Part shown: piece by piece, positions 1-10,461 of the stretch
Position numbering within the stretch: position 1 is the first letter of the stretch
Layout: every line of letters starts with the position of its first letter
NCBI GenBank assembly: GCA_051252375.1
Contig: JBPOFY010000008.1
Span: forward strand, 91,485-155,484
Direction of reading: 5' to 3'
From: Opitutaceae bacterium
Lineage (GTDB): Bacteria > Verrucomicrobiota > Verrucomicrobiia > Opitutales > Coraliomargaritaceae
Length of the DNA stretch: 64,000 nucleotides
Program-made: the position numbers and the translations under genes
Notes under the pieces: generated by a model
The model's input: the letters and a program-made list of their open reading frames with translations, nothing else
The model's database searches: none
What the model was told of the DNA's origin: nothing

Positions 1-2
1 TC

Positions 3-623
3 AGCGGTGTCGCGCGCATGTCGCATAAAAGCGGCGACGGCAACTGGATCGCCCGCTTCGGCAAACGAAAGATCATCCAATGCCTTCTCGGTAGCCAAGC
101 CGCACCCATCGTGGACGCGGGACTCAACCGCCTCAGCACCTACGGCATCTTGAAATGCGAAGGCAGCGTTTACGTCGACTCCCTCTTTGATGCGCTAGAA
201 AACGCCGGACTCGTGCAAACCATGGTTGAAGGCAACTACCCGCTCCTCACGCTGACTCAAGCTGGCGGTGAAGCCATGCGCGGCAGCAGTAAGATCGAGC
301 TCGAACTCCCCGAGCGCACCGCCGGGGCGATCAAGACAAGCTCCACCGGCAAGGCTCGCCCCAAGAAAGGCAGCCTCCCCGACGACGTCCAGGTGCCCGA
401 GCTTTACCAAAAGCTCACCGCCCTCCGCGCCAGCCTCGCCGCAGCCAATGGTAAGCCCGCCTACACTATTTTCCCAAACTTCGTGCTCGTCGAGCTCGCC
501 AACCTGCAGCCCACCACCACCGCCGAAGCCATAAAAATACGAGGCATCGGTCCCGCAAAACTCAAAACCGTGCTGCCTCCATTCCTCGAAATCGTCAAAG
601 CACACCTAAGTGCAGCGACCTAG
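3..623 (+). CDS. recQ: RecQ-family DNA helicase, C-terminal RQC + HRDC domains (5' truncated by window edge)
   Basis: Frame is open from base 3. RQC-like 'RFGKRKIIQCLLGS...LSTYGIL' and HRDC 'LYQKLTALRASLA...PAYTIFPN...IRGIGPAK'. Confidence 0.85.
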   Translation, partial: SGVARMSHKSGDGNWIARFGKRKIIQCLLGSQAAPIVDAGLNRLSTYGILKCEGSVYVDSLFDALENAGLVQTMVEGNYPLLTLTQAGGEAMRGSSKIELELPERTAGAIKTSSTGKARPKKGSLPDDVQVPELYQKLTALRASLAAANGKPAYTIFPNFVLVELANLQPTTTAEAIKIRGIGPAKLKTVLPPFLEIVKAHLSAAT

Positions 624-751
624 AACTGAATTTTTAACCATTAACGAACGATTCTAGCGAAATATGCCGTTAAAAGCAGTGATCACCCCCTTGAAAACAA
701 GTGAAAATTTTCCTTGCACAGGACACTGAAAGCCCTACTTTTCCGCCCTTC

Positions 752-949
752 ATGAGCACAGAGAACAAACCACTTAACCGCTCCCGCAACCCGATGGACT
801 ATACGTTCAACGATGTGGAGCTACTTACCCGATTCATAACTGAGACGGGCAAGATCCTCCCTCGCAAGGACACAGGACTTTCCGCAAAGCACCAGCGTCG
901 CATCACGACACTCATCAAGCAGGGTCGTAACATGCTGACTATGCAGTAA
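752..949 (+). CDS. rpsR: 30S ribosomal protein S18 (no Zn-ligand cysteines)
   Basis: '[39 protein letters not shown]'. ATG at 752 follows TTGCAC-N16-TACTTT (714-741). Confidence 0.95.
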   Translation: MSTENKPLNRSRNPMDYTFNDVELLTRFITETGKILPRKDTGLSAKHQRRITTLIKQGRNMLTMQ

Positions 950-975
950 GCCCGCGTTACTGAGCAGGTATTTTC

Positions 976-1007
976 AATCCTTCCCTTTTAACGGGGAAGG
1001 ATTTTTT
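976..1007 (+). terminator. Intrinsic terminator after rpsR
   Basis: AATCCTTCCC...GGGAAGGATT stem followed by a T-tract. Confidence 0.8.
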
Positions 1008-1029
1008 ATATCCGGACAACACGTTTACC

Positions 1030-2016
1030 ATGCCAACCACTAGCACCATCTACCAGCCAACCGAGGGAAACCTCGATACCTGCGCACAACTCCTGCGCGA
1101 TGGTGAAGTCGTGGGCATGCCAACCGAGACGGTATACGGGCTCGCCGGCAACGCGCTCTCAGAGGACAGCGCACGCAAAATTTTCAGCGTCAAGGGACGC
1201 CCGCTCATCGACCCACTGATCGTGCACTTCGCCGATGCCGACGCGGCCACCGCCCATATCCAAATGAATACGGCAGTCGAAACACTCGCCGGGAAATTCT
1301 GGCCCGGTCCGCTCACCATGGTCGTGAACAAACAAGCCAGCATCCCCGACATCGTGACCGCCGGTCTCCCCAGCGTCGCGATCCGCGTGCCACAACATCC
1401 GGTCTTTCGTGCTGTGCTGCAACGCCTCGACTTCCCACTCGCAGCGCCTAGCGCCAATCCTTTCGGCTACGTCAGCCCCACCCTAGCTGAGCACGTGCAA
1501 CACACACTCGGCACACGCATCTCTGCCGTGCTCGACGGCGGCGCCTGCACCTTCGGCCTAGAATCCACCATCGTCGACCTGCGCGATCCCAAGCAGCCCG
1601 CGATCTTACGCCACGGTCCGATCACGCAAGAAGCCCTGAGCGAAACACTCGGTTGCGCAGTCGCCGACCGCACCTTAGGCAGTGGCGACGACAAAGCACA
1701 GGCCGCCCCAGGACAATTGATGCAGCACTACAGCCCTCGCGCAAAAGTGCAGCTGATCGCGCAAGGCGAAACATTCTCGGCGAGTCCTTCCAGCTCAAGC
1801 GTGGCGATCATTTACAATAGCCAGCCAGACAATGCGGCTGCGCACACCTACTGGCTTTCAGAAGACGGCAACACCGACACGATTGCACATAATTTATTTG
1901 AGCTGATTCAACGATTGGACCAGCAAGGCTACACAGAGCTACATATCGAACTCTCCGCCGACATAGGCATCGGGAAGGCGATCAATGATCGCCTTCGCCG
2001 AGCTGCTGCAAAGTAG
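1030..2016 (+). CDS. sua5: L-threonylcarbamoyladenylate synthase (Sua5, with C-terminal SUA5 domain)
   Basis: 'PTETVYGL', 'KGRP...PLIVH', 'FWPGPLT', 'AAPSAN', 'APGQLMQHYSP', 'AINDRLRRAA'. Confidence 0.93.
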   Translation: MPTTSTIYQPTEGNLDTCAQLLRDGEVVGMPTETVYGLAGNALSEDSARKIFSVKGRPLIDPLIVHFADADAATAHIQMNTAVETLAGKFWPGPLTMVVNKQASIPDIVTAGLPSVAIRVPQHPVFRAVLQRLDFPLAAPSANPFGYVSPTLAEHVQHTLGTRISAVLDGGACTFGLESTIVDLRDPKQPAILRHGPITQEALSETLGCAVADRTLGSGDDKAQAAPGQLMQHYSPRAKVQLIAQGETFSASPSSSSVAIIYNSQPDNAAAHTYWLSEDGNTDTIAHNLFELIQRLDQQGYTELHIELSADIGIGKAINDRLRRAAAK

Positions 2017-2043
2017 AGGTGGTCACGAAGGTCCCTGCCAATT

Positions 2044-5000
2044 CTAGCGAAGCTTCACCAGCAAGTCCTTGCTGTCGACTTGATCGCCAACGCTGACTTC
2101 GAGAACATCGACAATTCCGTCTGTAAGTGCATACACCGTGGTCTGCATCTTCATAGCTTCCAGAATGACGAGTTTGTCGCCCTTGGAAACCTTGTGCCCG
2201 ACACTTGTTGTCACTGCGCTCACCATCGCGGGGATCGGCGCACCGACTTGCTTCTTATCAGCTGAATCTGCCTTAACGCGACGCTTACTCTCGGTCTTGA
2301 TCGACGTATCGAGTATGACGCACTCACGTGCACGACCATTCATTTCGAAAGTAAGTGTGCGCTGCCCATCTTCATTCGGCTCACTGACGTAGATCAGTTT
2401 CACAATAAGCGTCTTACCTTCTTCAATCTCAACAGAGATTTCTTCGCCCGTCTTTAGACCATAGAAGAATGCAGGCGTTGGTAAAACACGCGGATGACCA
2501 TATTGATTAATCGCCTTAACAAGGTCTTTGAAGACCTGCGGATACATTAAGTATGCGTAGAGATCATCATCGTCGGCAGCGTCGCGCTTAGTAATCGCTT
2601 TCACCTCATCGCGCGCATCGTCGAGATCGATCTTCTCCGCTTTTGCTCCAGGGCGTCCCTTATTGGGCTTACGATCACCCAAGACAACTTTCTGAACATC
2701 CTTCGGCCAACCACCCTTCGGTTGACCAAGACCACCAGAAAGCATATCGACCACTGACTCAGGGAATGCTGTGCCTGGCTCTAAATTGACGACGTCGTGC
2801 GGCTCTACGCCCTTAGTTAACAAGAAGATCGCAAGGTCACCAACGACCTTACTACTTGGAGTCACCTTCACGATGTCACCAAGGAGCATATTCACCTCGT
2901 GATAGTAGCGCACCACTTCTGGCCAGCGAGCACCGAGACCGAGCGCACGTGCTTGCTCACGCAAGTTAGTGTATTGCCCGCCTGGCATTTCGTGGCGATA
3001 GACCTCGGCACTGCCAAACTTAGGGCTCGTATCGAAAGGCTCGTAGTATTGGCGAACAGCTTCCCAATAGATGGAAAGATCGTCGAAGAATTTCTGATCC
3101 AGTTTTGTATCACGTTTATCACTACGCATCGCATGCGCAATGGAGTTCAAGTTCGGCTGAGCAGTCAGACCAGACAGTGAAGAAACAGAAAGATCAACCA
3201 CATCGACGCCCGCTTCTGCGGCCTTGATGATAGAGGCCGATGCAATACCACTGGAATCGTGCGTATGAAAATGCACTGGAATACCAATCTCATTACGAAG
3301 CGCCTTGATCAATTTAAAGGCAGCATTCGGATGGCAGAGACCTGACATATCCTTAAGCGCTAGCACGTGTGCGCCCATCTTCTCGAGTTCCTTCGCCATA
3401 TTGACGTAATACTCGAGTGTGTATTTCTCGCGGGCTGGATTAAGAATATCCCCCGTGTAGCAAATCGTCGCCTCACATACTGAGTTCGTATCTTTACGGA
3501 TGGAATTCATCGCGACCTTAAGGTTCGGCAAGTAATTCAAGGAGTCAAAGACACGGAAGATATCCATACCACACTCAGCCGAGTGCTTGATGAAACCACG
3601 GATTACATTGTCGGGGTAATTGGAATAACCGACGCCGTTGGCACCGCGCAGCAACATCTGAAAGCAAACGTTTGGAATGCGCTCTCGTAAACGACGTAGT
3701 CGCTTGAACGGATTCTCATGCAAGAAACGCATGGTGGTATCGAAGGTCGCCCCACCCCAGCACTCTAGACTGTAAAGGTTGTGAGCATTCTGTGCGATCG
3801 AATCGGCAACTGCGAGCTGATCAAAGCTACGCACACGAGCGGCCAGTAGTGACTGGTGCGCATCGCGCATGGTAGTGTCCGTGACGAGCAAACGCTTTTG
3901 ATCGCGTGTCCACTGAGCAAACTTCTCAGGACCGTGCTGGGTGAGATAATCCTTGGTGCCCTTTGGCTTCGGAGCCTTTGGATCGTATGCAGGAAGAATC
4001 ACCGGCAAGTCCATCAGCGGCACGGGGCGCCCTTTGACCTGCGGGTTACCGTTGACGATTGTTTCTCCTAAATAGTTGAGCAACTTCGTTGCACGGTCAC
4101 GACGGCGTTTAAAATTAAACAGCGCTGGTGTGGTATCGATCAACGTAGTGGTCGCCATACCCGATGTAAATTTCTCGTGATGAATCACATTCTCAATGAA
4201 TGGGATATTGGTCTTCACACCCCGTATACGCATTTCGCGCAGCGCACGGTCCATACGTTGAATCGCGAGTTCAAATGTGCGAGCTGATGCAGTCAGCTTC
4301 ACCAAAAGTGAATCGTAATACGGAGTAATCACCGAACCCGTATCACCCATCGCGCCATCGAGACGGATACCAAAACCAGCGGCACTTCGATAGTTCACAA
4401 TCTTGCCATAATCTGGCGCAAAGTTCTTTTCAGGGTCTTCGGTAGTGACACGTGCCTGGATGGCTACGCCGTTACGAGGGACATCTGCTTGCTGCGGAAT
4501 GCCAATTTCTTCGCCATGCAAGGAGTGACCTTCGGCAATCAAAATTTGACTACGCACGATATCGATCCCGGTAATCACTTCAGTCACCGTATGCTCCACT
4601 TGGATACGTGGATTCATTTCAATGAAGAACCACTCGTGTGTGTCCAAATCGAGCAAGAACTCAACGGTGCCAGCACTGTAATAGCCGATGGACTTCGCGA
4701 TCTTTACCGCAGCATCGCAAAGCTCTTCGCGAACTTTATCGGGCAAGCCGATAGAAGGTGCTATTTCGATGACTTTCTGGTGGCGACGTTGCACCGAGCA
4801 ATCGCGTTCATGTAGGTGAACAACGTTGCCGTGTTTATCGCCAAGGATCTGCACTTCGATGTGCTTTGCGCGACCGATGTAGCGCTCCATAAACACGGAC
4901 GAATTACCAAATGAACGCTCCGCTTCGCCCTGCGCTTCCTCAAGAAGCGGCTTTAAATCTTTTGGATCTTTCACGACGCGCATACCACGACCACCACCAC

Positions 5001-5484
5001 CGAATGCGGCTTTGATGATCAGCGGGAAGCCAATCTTTTTCGCAGTCCTCACGGCTTCTTTAGGATCGGCAACTGGGTCTTGCGTGCCAGGCAATGTCGG
5101 CACATTCGCTTTGTCGGCGATCTTACGCGCTTCAATTTTGTCGCCCATACGACCGAGGAGCTCTGCGCTCGGGCCAACAAAGTTAATGCCATTATCATGA
5201 CAGGCCTGTGCAAAATGGGCGTTTTCGGAAAGAAAGCCGTAACCGGGGTGAATGAAATCGACGCCCTTGGCTTTCGCGAGATCGATGATGCTCGGAATAT
5301 CGAGATAGGCGGCCACTGGTCCGAGCCCCTGCCCGACTAAATATGCCTCGTCCGCCTTAAAGCGGTGCACGCCAAAACGGTCTTCTTTAGCATAGACTGC
5401 CACTGTTTGGCAGCCCAGTTCAGTGGCACTTCGAAAAATGCGCACAGCAATTTCACTTCGATTCGCAGCAAGTAACTTCTTCAT
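2044..5484 (-). CDS. pyc: Pyruvate carboxylase
   Basis: Biotin carboxylase ('ANRSEIA', 'GGGGRGMR'), carboxyltransferase ('RDAHQSL', 'HEMPGGQYTNL') and biotinyl domain ('EAMKM'). Confidence 0.97.
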   Translation of the reverse strand: MKKLLAANRSEIAVRIFRSATELGCQTVAVYAKEDRFGVHRFKADEAYLVGQGLGPVAAYLDIPSIIDLAKAKGVDFIHPGYGFLSENAHFAQACHDNGINFVGPSAELLGRMGDKIEARKIADKANVPTLPGTQDPVADPKEAVRTAKKIGFPLIIKAAFGGGGRGMRVVKDPKDLKPLLEEAQGEAERSFGNSSVFMERYIGRAKHIEVQILGDKHGNVVHLHERDCSVQRRHQKVIEIAPSIGLPDKVREELCDAAVKIAKSIGYYSAGTVEFLLDLDTHEWFFIEMNPRIQVEHTVTEVITGIDIVRSQILIAEGHSLHGEEIGIPQQADVPRNGVAIQARVTTEDPEKNFAPDYGKIVNYRSAAGFGIRLDGAMGDTGSVITPYYDSLLVKLTASARTFELAIQRMDRALREMRIRGVKTNIPFIENVIHHEKFTSGMATTTLIDTTPALFNFKRRRDRATKLLNYLGETIVNGNPQVKGRPVPLMDLPVILPAYDPKAPKPKGTKDYLTQHGPEKFAQWTRDQKRLLVTDTTMRDAHQSLLAARVRSFDQLAVADSIAQNAHNLYSLECWGGATFDTTMRFLHENPFKRLRRLRERIPNVCFQMLLRGANGVGYSNYPDNVIRGFIKHSAECGMDIFRVFDSLNYLPNLKVAMNSIRKDTNSVCEATICYTGDILNPAREKYTLEYYVNMAKELEKMGAHVLALKDMSGLCHPNAAFKLIKALRNEIGIPVHFHTHDSSGIASASIIKAAEAGVDVVDLSVSSLSGLTAQPNLNSIAHAMRSDKRDTKLDQKFFDDLSIYWEAVRQYYEPFDTSPKFGSAEVYRHEMPGGQYTNLREQARALGLGARWPEVVRYYHEVNMLLGDIVKVTPSSKVVGDLAIFLLTKGVEPHDVVNLEPGTAFPESVVDMLSGGLGQPKGGWPKDVQKVVLGDRKPNKGRPGAKAEKIDLDDARDEVKAITKRDAADDDDLYAYLMYPQVFKDLVKAINQYGHPRVLPTPAFFYGLKTGEEISVEIEEGKTLIVKLIYVSEPNEDGQRTLTFEMNGRARECVILDTSIKTESKRRVKADSADKKQVGAPIPAMVSAVTTSVGHKVSKGDKLVILEAMKMQTTVYALTDGIVDVLEVSVGDQVDSKDLLVKLR

Positions 5485-5575
5485 ATGGGTAGTATTTAAA
5501 GGTGAGTAGCCACACAGAAAAGGTTACCTCTCCAGAGAAGTCAATCGACCTTGCTCCCTAAAAAACGTGATGCCG

Positions 5576-6655
5576 CTATTTTCCAGATTCTTCTTTGGCT
5601 GATCCTAACGCGCGTCTAGCACCAACGGTCAATTCTCCATTACCTGACAAGAGAATCGCCACGGGACGAGACCCGGGGAAATAGGAGCAAATAATCATGA
5701 TAATTACTGTGATCGGCACGCAAAGGAACATGCCGGGGATTCCCCAAATCGAGCCCCACAGGCCCAAAGAAAGCAGGATGACAATCGGGCTAAGGTTCAA
5801 GCGATTACCCATCAGCTTGGGCTCTAGCAAACTACCGATACAAAATTGCAGCGCAGTGAGCACAGAGGCAGTGATAATAAATGGACCCAAGGTATCAAAC
5901 TGAACCAAGGTCAGAACCGATGGAAATGCAGTCGCGATGATCGAACCGATGGTAGGAATGAAATTAAGGAGGAAGATGAGCACTCCCCAGAAACTGGCGA
6001 AATCCACGCCGACGATCCGCAGCACCACATAGCTCAACAAGCCGGTAGCCGCACTGGTCAGCACCTTGATCCCAATATAAGACCGGATGTCGTGCCCCAT
6101 CTTACCAATTAATTTGAATGCATCTTCCTGACGGCCTGGATCGCGCACGAGCGCCTTAATCTTGTTTTCAAATGTGCGCTGCTCCAACAGGAAAAAAATC
6201 AAATAAACGATAATAATGCCCGTGCTACTCAATAGTGAACGAACCGTCCCACCAAAATCCTGCAGGTAGGCCTTAAAATCGATTTGCTTCAATACCTCGT
6301 CTAAATTGGGCGCTTCTTCGACCCCAAAGAAGGTATACCCCTTCACGATCCACGCCTCGAGGTTATGCTGATACTCCGGCGCGACTTTCACAACACTCGC
6401 AATGTTCACCGTGATCAATTGCACGATAAAACTGAGTGACACCAAAATAATAGTGATCGCCAAAATCATCGCCAAGGGTGTCGGCACCCCACGACCACTC
6501 ACTTTCAGCTTACGTATAGTATGCGTCAGAATGTTGATCAAGTATGCCACCGCGCCCGCAATCACCAATGGGAGCAACAACGCTTGGCCAATATGCAGTA
6601 GGTGGAAAATCAAAAAGATGGCAATCATGGCCATCACGAGACGCTGTGACTTCAT
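5576..6655 (-). CDS. AI-2E family transporter
   Basis: Multi-TM protein with 'LLNFIPTIGS', 'LEPKLMGNRLNLSP' and 'WGIPGMFLCVP'. Confidence 0.9.
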   Translation of the reverse strand: MKSQRLVMAMIAIFLIFHLLHIGQALLLPLVIAGAVAYLINILTHTIRKLKVSGRGVPTPLAMILAITIILVSLSFIVQLITVNIASVVKVAPEYQHNLEAWIVKGYTFFGVEEAPNLDEVLKQIDFKAYLQDFGGTVRSLLSSTGIIIVYLIFFLLEQRTFENKIKALVRDPGRQEDAFKLIGKMGHDIRSYIGIKVLTSAATGLLSYVVLRIVGVDFASFWGVLIFLLNFIPTIGSIIATAFPSVLTLVQFDTLGPFIITASVLTALQFCIGSLLEPKLMGNRLNLSPIVILLSLGLWGSIWGIPGMFLCVPITVIIMIICSYFPGSRPVAILLSGNGELTVGARRALGSAKEESGK

Positions 6656-6803
6656 AAGCGCTTAGTTAAATCGCCGACAACGGACTTGTCCACTACTGAG
6701 GCAGCACAAATTCGAAAGTTTTCACTCCACAGTGATTTAAGGCGAGAAAGTGCCTTTGCGTGAATTCTATCTGCTAGTTTTACTTCAGGACTCCCCAAAA
6801 AGT

Positions 6804-7547
6804 TTACTTAAAGGTCGCCAAAGTAGTCTGAAAGCCGGAGGGCCAAATCGCAGCTCTCGCAGGTCGGGAGTCCGCAGACTCAAGAATCATTGGTTCAGGA
6901 ATCGGCGAATAATCTTTCAATTGATTGAATATCACGACTCGACGACGAGGGACTACTACACTCGGCTGTGTGCTTGCATAGCTAACTTCCTGCAGTGTGA
7001 GTTCACCATCCGTCACTTCCGGGCGCAAACCCAACAAGCGCAGCTGCGCGGCTATAGTTGCAGCACGCTGAATTGCCTCCTGCTGAGTGTTGGCGAATCG
7101 CTTTAAATCGGAACGATCGACCGCCTCAAAAATATCTTTTTCAACCAATTCTCCTGCTTCAACGCCTTCCAACTCTTGCTTCGAAGCATGTGTCGTATCA
7201 GTAAATGTGGGAAAGAGTAAAAAACCGCCAACTGCCATCGAGGCAGCAAGCCCGGCACCCAATAACCAGCGCGGAAAAGTGGCTACTGGCGCAGTTTGAC
7301 GCGCAGCAGGCACAGCTAGACGTGTCGAACGAGTGCTGGATGGGCTAGAGCGACGGCGTGTTGTCTTTGAAGATGACGGCACACCAAGAGCCAGACGCAT
7401 CGCCTGATGCAGGCGACAGCGCTCGGTAAAACCTGCCTTACGGTCGGCATTCGTAGCTAATTCCGCCTTGAGAGCCTCCAATTCAGAACTGGAGATCTCT
7501 TTATCAAGGTAGAGATTAACTAACTCACTGAACTTCTCGTCGGTCAT
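6804..7547 (-). CDS. Putative membrane-anchored anti-sigma factor
   Basis: Overlaps the ECF sigma stop (ATGA). N-terminal 'LVNLYLDKEISSSE' resembles an anti-sigma domain, followed by one TM helix. Confidence 0.65.
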   Translation of the reverse strand: MTDEKFSELVNLYLDKEISSSELEALKAELATNADRKAGFTERCRLHQAMRLALGVPSSSKTTRRRSSPSSTRSTRLAVPAARQTAPVATFPRWLLGAGLAASMAVGGFLLFPTFTDTTHASKQELEGVEAGELVEKDIFEAVDRSDLKRFANTQQEAIQRAATIAAQLRLLGLRPEVTDGELTLQEVSYASTQPSVVVPRRRVVIFNQLKDYSPIPEPMILESADSRPARAAIWPSGFQTTLATFK

Positions 7548-8158
7548 GAAAAATCACTACCCATCAAACCACGTAGGGTCTCGCGCCCACGCGCGATTCT
7601 ACTTTTGACAGTGCCCACGCTGATCTCGAGTTGCTGAGCGATCTCCTCATAGCTCATATTCTTCACATTGCGCAAAATTAAGACCTCTTTGTGCTTTTCA
7701 TTCAAGTCGCCCATGCACTCTGAGACGCGATTTACAAACTCTTGTGTAACAGCAGCTTCTGCTGGATTTTCTCCTGCGCAAGGCATCACGTTCTCTAAAG
7801 TGAGGTCTCCGTCAGCGCTCAAAGGTTGATCCAACGATATGGAGTAGTCCCGCTTACGGCGAAACCAGTACCAATAGCGATTATGAGCCAAATTGGTCGC
7901 GATTTGATAGAGCCAGGTGGAAAAGGCAGCATCGCCTCGAAAATTCTCAAGTCCGCGATGCGCACGGATGAAGGCATCTTGCGTCACCTCCTCAGCATCT
8001 TGTTTATTCTTAAGGAGTTGTGAAACACGAGCAAAGATACGATCGTAGTAGCGAGCGACTATGTCATTATACGCCGCTACATCACCATTCTTGATGCGCT
8101 CAATGAGAAGATCGTCGGGATTTATTGTATCAGTCTTAGTAGTCATTATGGGGTTCAT
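7544..8158 (-). CDS. ECF RNA polymerase sigma factor (RpoE/SigW-like)
   Basis: Region 2 'DAEEVTQDAFIRAHRGLENFRGDAAFSTWLYQIATN' and region 4 'SYEEIAQQLEISVGTVKSRIARGR'. Confidence 0.93.
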   Translation of the reverse strand: MNPIMTTKTDTINPDDLLIERIKNGDVAAYNDIVARYYDRIFARVSQLLKNKQDAEEVTQDAFIRAHRGLENFRGDAAFSTWLYQIATNLAHNRYWYWFRRKRDYSISLDQPLSADGDLTLENVMPCAGENPAEAAVTQEFVNRVSECMGDLNEKHKEVLILRNVKNMSYEEIAQQLEISVGTVKSRIARGRETLRGLMGSDFS

Positions 8159-8164
8159 GTAAGG

Positions 8165-8209
8165 TAGATCGTTGAAACCTTAGATTTGTTCCAAGAAAAG
8201 ACGTTCAAA
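8165..8209 (-). promoter_or_regulatory. Candidate autoregulatory ECF promoter(s) of the sigma gene
   Basis: Minus strand TTTGAACG-N17-TCTA (8209-8181) and an overlapping GGAAC-N16-CGATCTA (8192-8165). Confidence 0.55.
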
Positions 8210-8280
8210 TAAAAGAAAAAATTCTTTTCCTGAACTTGACAAGAATGACCTTCCCCCCTTCCATCCTGCGCTTCTAAAGA

Positions 8281-8356
8281 GGGCCGTTAGCTCAATCGGT
8301 AGAGCAGTTGACTTTTAATCAATTGGTTCGGGGTTCAAGTCCCCGACGGCCTACCA
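8281..8356 (+). tRNA. tRNA-Lys (anticodon TTT)
   Basis: Cloverleaf GGGCCGT...ACGGCCT-ACCA, anticodon loop CTTTTAA, T-loop GTTCAAGT. Confidence 0.97.
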
Positions 8357-8363
8357 CTTTTAG

Positions 8364-8397
8364 AAAGCCCGTGGATTTTGAATCTGCGGGCTTTTTT
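8364..8397. terminator. Intrinsic terminator (likely bidirectional) after tRNA-Lys
   Basis: AAAGCCCG...CGGGCTTTTTT between convergent genes. Confidence 0.8.
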
Positions 8398-8401
8398 GCG
8401 A

Positions 8402-9604
8402 TTACTGTCCCGCCGCGGCCTCTCCAGCCACGGTGCCGGTCGCAAAGCAACCTTGGATCAGAAAGCCACCGGTAGGCGCCTCCCAGTCGATCATTTCACC
8501 AGCACAATACACGCCCGGTAGTTCGCGAATCATTAATTGTGTATCCAGCGCTGACCAAGGCACACCGCCACTACTTGAGATCGCTTCCTCAATCGGACGC
8601 GCGCCCTTTAACGGTATGCGACAGGCCTTGGCTGCCAATGCAAGGGCTTCAGCAGAATTAAACTCACCGTAATACTGCCGCAGAATAGCACACATCGGTT
8701 CAGTCAATTTCCAGCGCAAGCGCGCCTCTTTATAAAAGTCACGCCTCGCGGACTCCATTTTATTCACCATATGCTCAACAGTGAACATCGGTTTAAAATC
8801 AATCACGATCTCTGGCGTCTCCATTGCGCGCAACACGCGACCCAATTGATAGATAGGCGCTCCCTCAAAACCATACCGAGTCACCATGAGCTCACCGTTC
8901 AATGCGACATCACCCGCGGAAATCTTCAAGTGATGCAACGGTTGCCCCTCTGCAATCTCCCGCGTGGCATCGGTCCACTCACACTCCCACCCGCAGTTGG
9001 CTGCCTGCAACGGATGGATTGGCACACCCAATGCCTCAACAACATCAGACCATCCACCGTCGGATCCGGTTTGCGGCCAAGAGCCGCCGCCCAAAGCCAG
9101 CACCACCGCATCGTGAGTTCGTGTCACACTTTGCTCCCGCACATTAAAATCGAGTTCGATTTGATCAGACTGACGTCGTAAGCCACACCAGCGATGATTC
9201 ATAGCGAAGGTCACATCCAAGGATTTCAACTTCATGACCCAACGTCGCAACAAAGGCGCCGCTTTTTTAAACTCCGGAAAGACTTTTCCGCCGGAAGCAA
9301 CAAAGGTCTTAACTCCGAGATCTGCAGCCCATTTCCTCAAGGCCACATTATCAAACTGCTCCAGTATCTGTGCCCAACGCTCCACAGGTAAATCCGCCCC
9401 AGAGTATTTCGACAAAAACACATCCTTCGCCCCATCATTGGTCAAATTAAGCCCACTCTTTCCCGCCACCAAAAACTTACGACCGACGGAAGGCTTATGA
9501 TCATAAAGCGTCACCTGCGCGCCACTGATCGCGGCGACTTCAGCCGCCCGCATACCTGCAGGACCACCACCGATCACAGCAACAGATCTAGTTCGCGTCA
9601 TCAT
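8402..9604 (-). CDS. HI0933/BaiN-family flavoprotein (TIGR03862-like)
   Basis: 'VIGGGPAG', '[15 protein letters not shown]', 'LALGGGSWP', '[13 protein letters not shown]'. Confidence 0.9.
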   Translation of the reverse strand: MMTRTRSVAVIGGGPAGMRAAEVAAISGAQVTLYDHKPSVGRKFLVAGKSGLNLTNDGAKDVFLSKYSGADLPVERWAQILEQFDNVALRKWAADLGVKTFVASGGKVFPEFKKAAPLLRRWVMKLKSLDVTFAMNHRWCGLRRQSDQIELDFNVREQSVTRTHDAVVLALGGGSWPQTGSDGGWSDVVEALGVPIHPLQAANCGWECEWTDATREIAEGQPLHHLKISAGDVALNGELMVTRYGFEGAPIYQLGRVLRAMETPEIVIDFKPMFTVEHMVNKMESARRDFYKEARLRWKLTEPMCAILRQYYGEFNSAEALALAAKACRIPLKGARPIEEAISSSGGVPWSALDTQLMIRELPGVYCAGEMIDWEAPTGGFLIQGCFATGTVAGEAAAGQ

Positions 9605-9635
9605 GACTGTTCAAAAATCACCACCGAGCACATGC

Positions 9636-10364
9636 CTATTTCGGCATAGTAAAATAAAAACTCAACAAGCCAGGATTCGCGATAATGCTCTCGATCTTCA
9701 CCGAGGAAACCACCGAAGCGCCAACTCGATTCTCGATCTCAAAAGCGAACGGATAGCCCTGGACCTCTCGATAATCACGGTAGTAAGTGCTTAAAATCAC
9801 TTCATCTTGATCATTCAATAACTCCCGCTTCAAAACATGCGGTTCTTGAAAATGCAGATAGTAACGAGAACGCTGACCATTTGACTCCTCCACAAAATAA
9901 ACAAATACGTTTTGCTCTTCCATGGTATCACGTCCGACCATCTCGACGTCAGTGTAACGATTCTGTAAGTGATGAAACAGCGGACTATCAAAAGTAGCTT
10001 CAGCCTTTACTACTTTTAATTCTTCCTTTGTCAGCAAGCGAGTCGTCACATCTGGACCATCATGAATCTGCATCCAACCAACCCTTCCATCATAGCCAGT
10101 GGTCACACTATTTTCTCCGGAGCTCAAACGATAACGAATCGCACGCGGTCGCTTCTTGCGCAGCAAAAACTCATAGGCATTCCCATCTTGAGTTTGCGTC
10201 CCTTCGATACTGATCGAAGTCAGAGCTGTTGCATCACGCCCACCACCATACGCCTCGGTGTAACGCTGAAGCGCACGCTGCATCACATATGAATCCGTTT
10301 GCGCCGACAGCATCCCCGCAAACGAGGTGAAGACAAAAATCCAACTAATACAGTGAATGCGCAT
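9636..10364 (-). CDS. Exported LolA-like / outer-membrane lipoprotein-sorting-fold protein
   Basis: Signal peptide from MRIHC. 'YTEAYGG...LTSISIEGT', 'GYDGRVGW', 'YRDYREVQGYPFAF'. Start uncertain. Confidence 0.55.
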   Translation of the reverse strand: MRIHCISWIFVFTSFAGMLSAQTDSYVMQRALQRYTEAYGGGRDATALTSISIEGTQTQDGNAYEFLLRKKRPRAIRYRLSSGENSVTTGYDGRVGWMQIHDGPDVTTRLLTKEELKVVKAEATFDSPLFHHLQNRYTDVEMVGRDTMEEQNVFVYFVEESNGQRSRYYLHFQEPHVLKRELLNDQDEVILSTYYRDYREVQGYPFAFEIENRVGASVVSSVKIESIIANPGLLSFYFTMPK

Positions 10365-10461
10365 ATCGCAGAATATCTTCATTTCATTTGAAACTAGCAA
10401 GCACAGTAGCGAACATATTAATGCATACATACAATCACCCTTGCCCGACACTCCATCGCAC

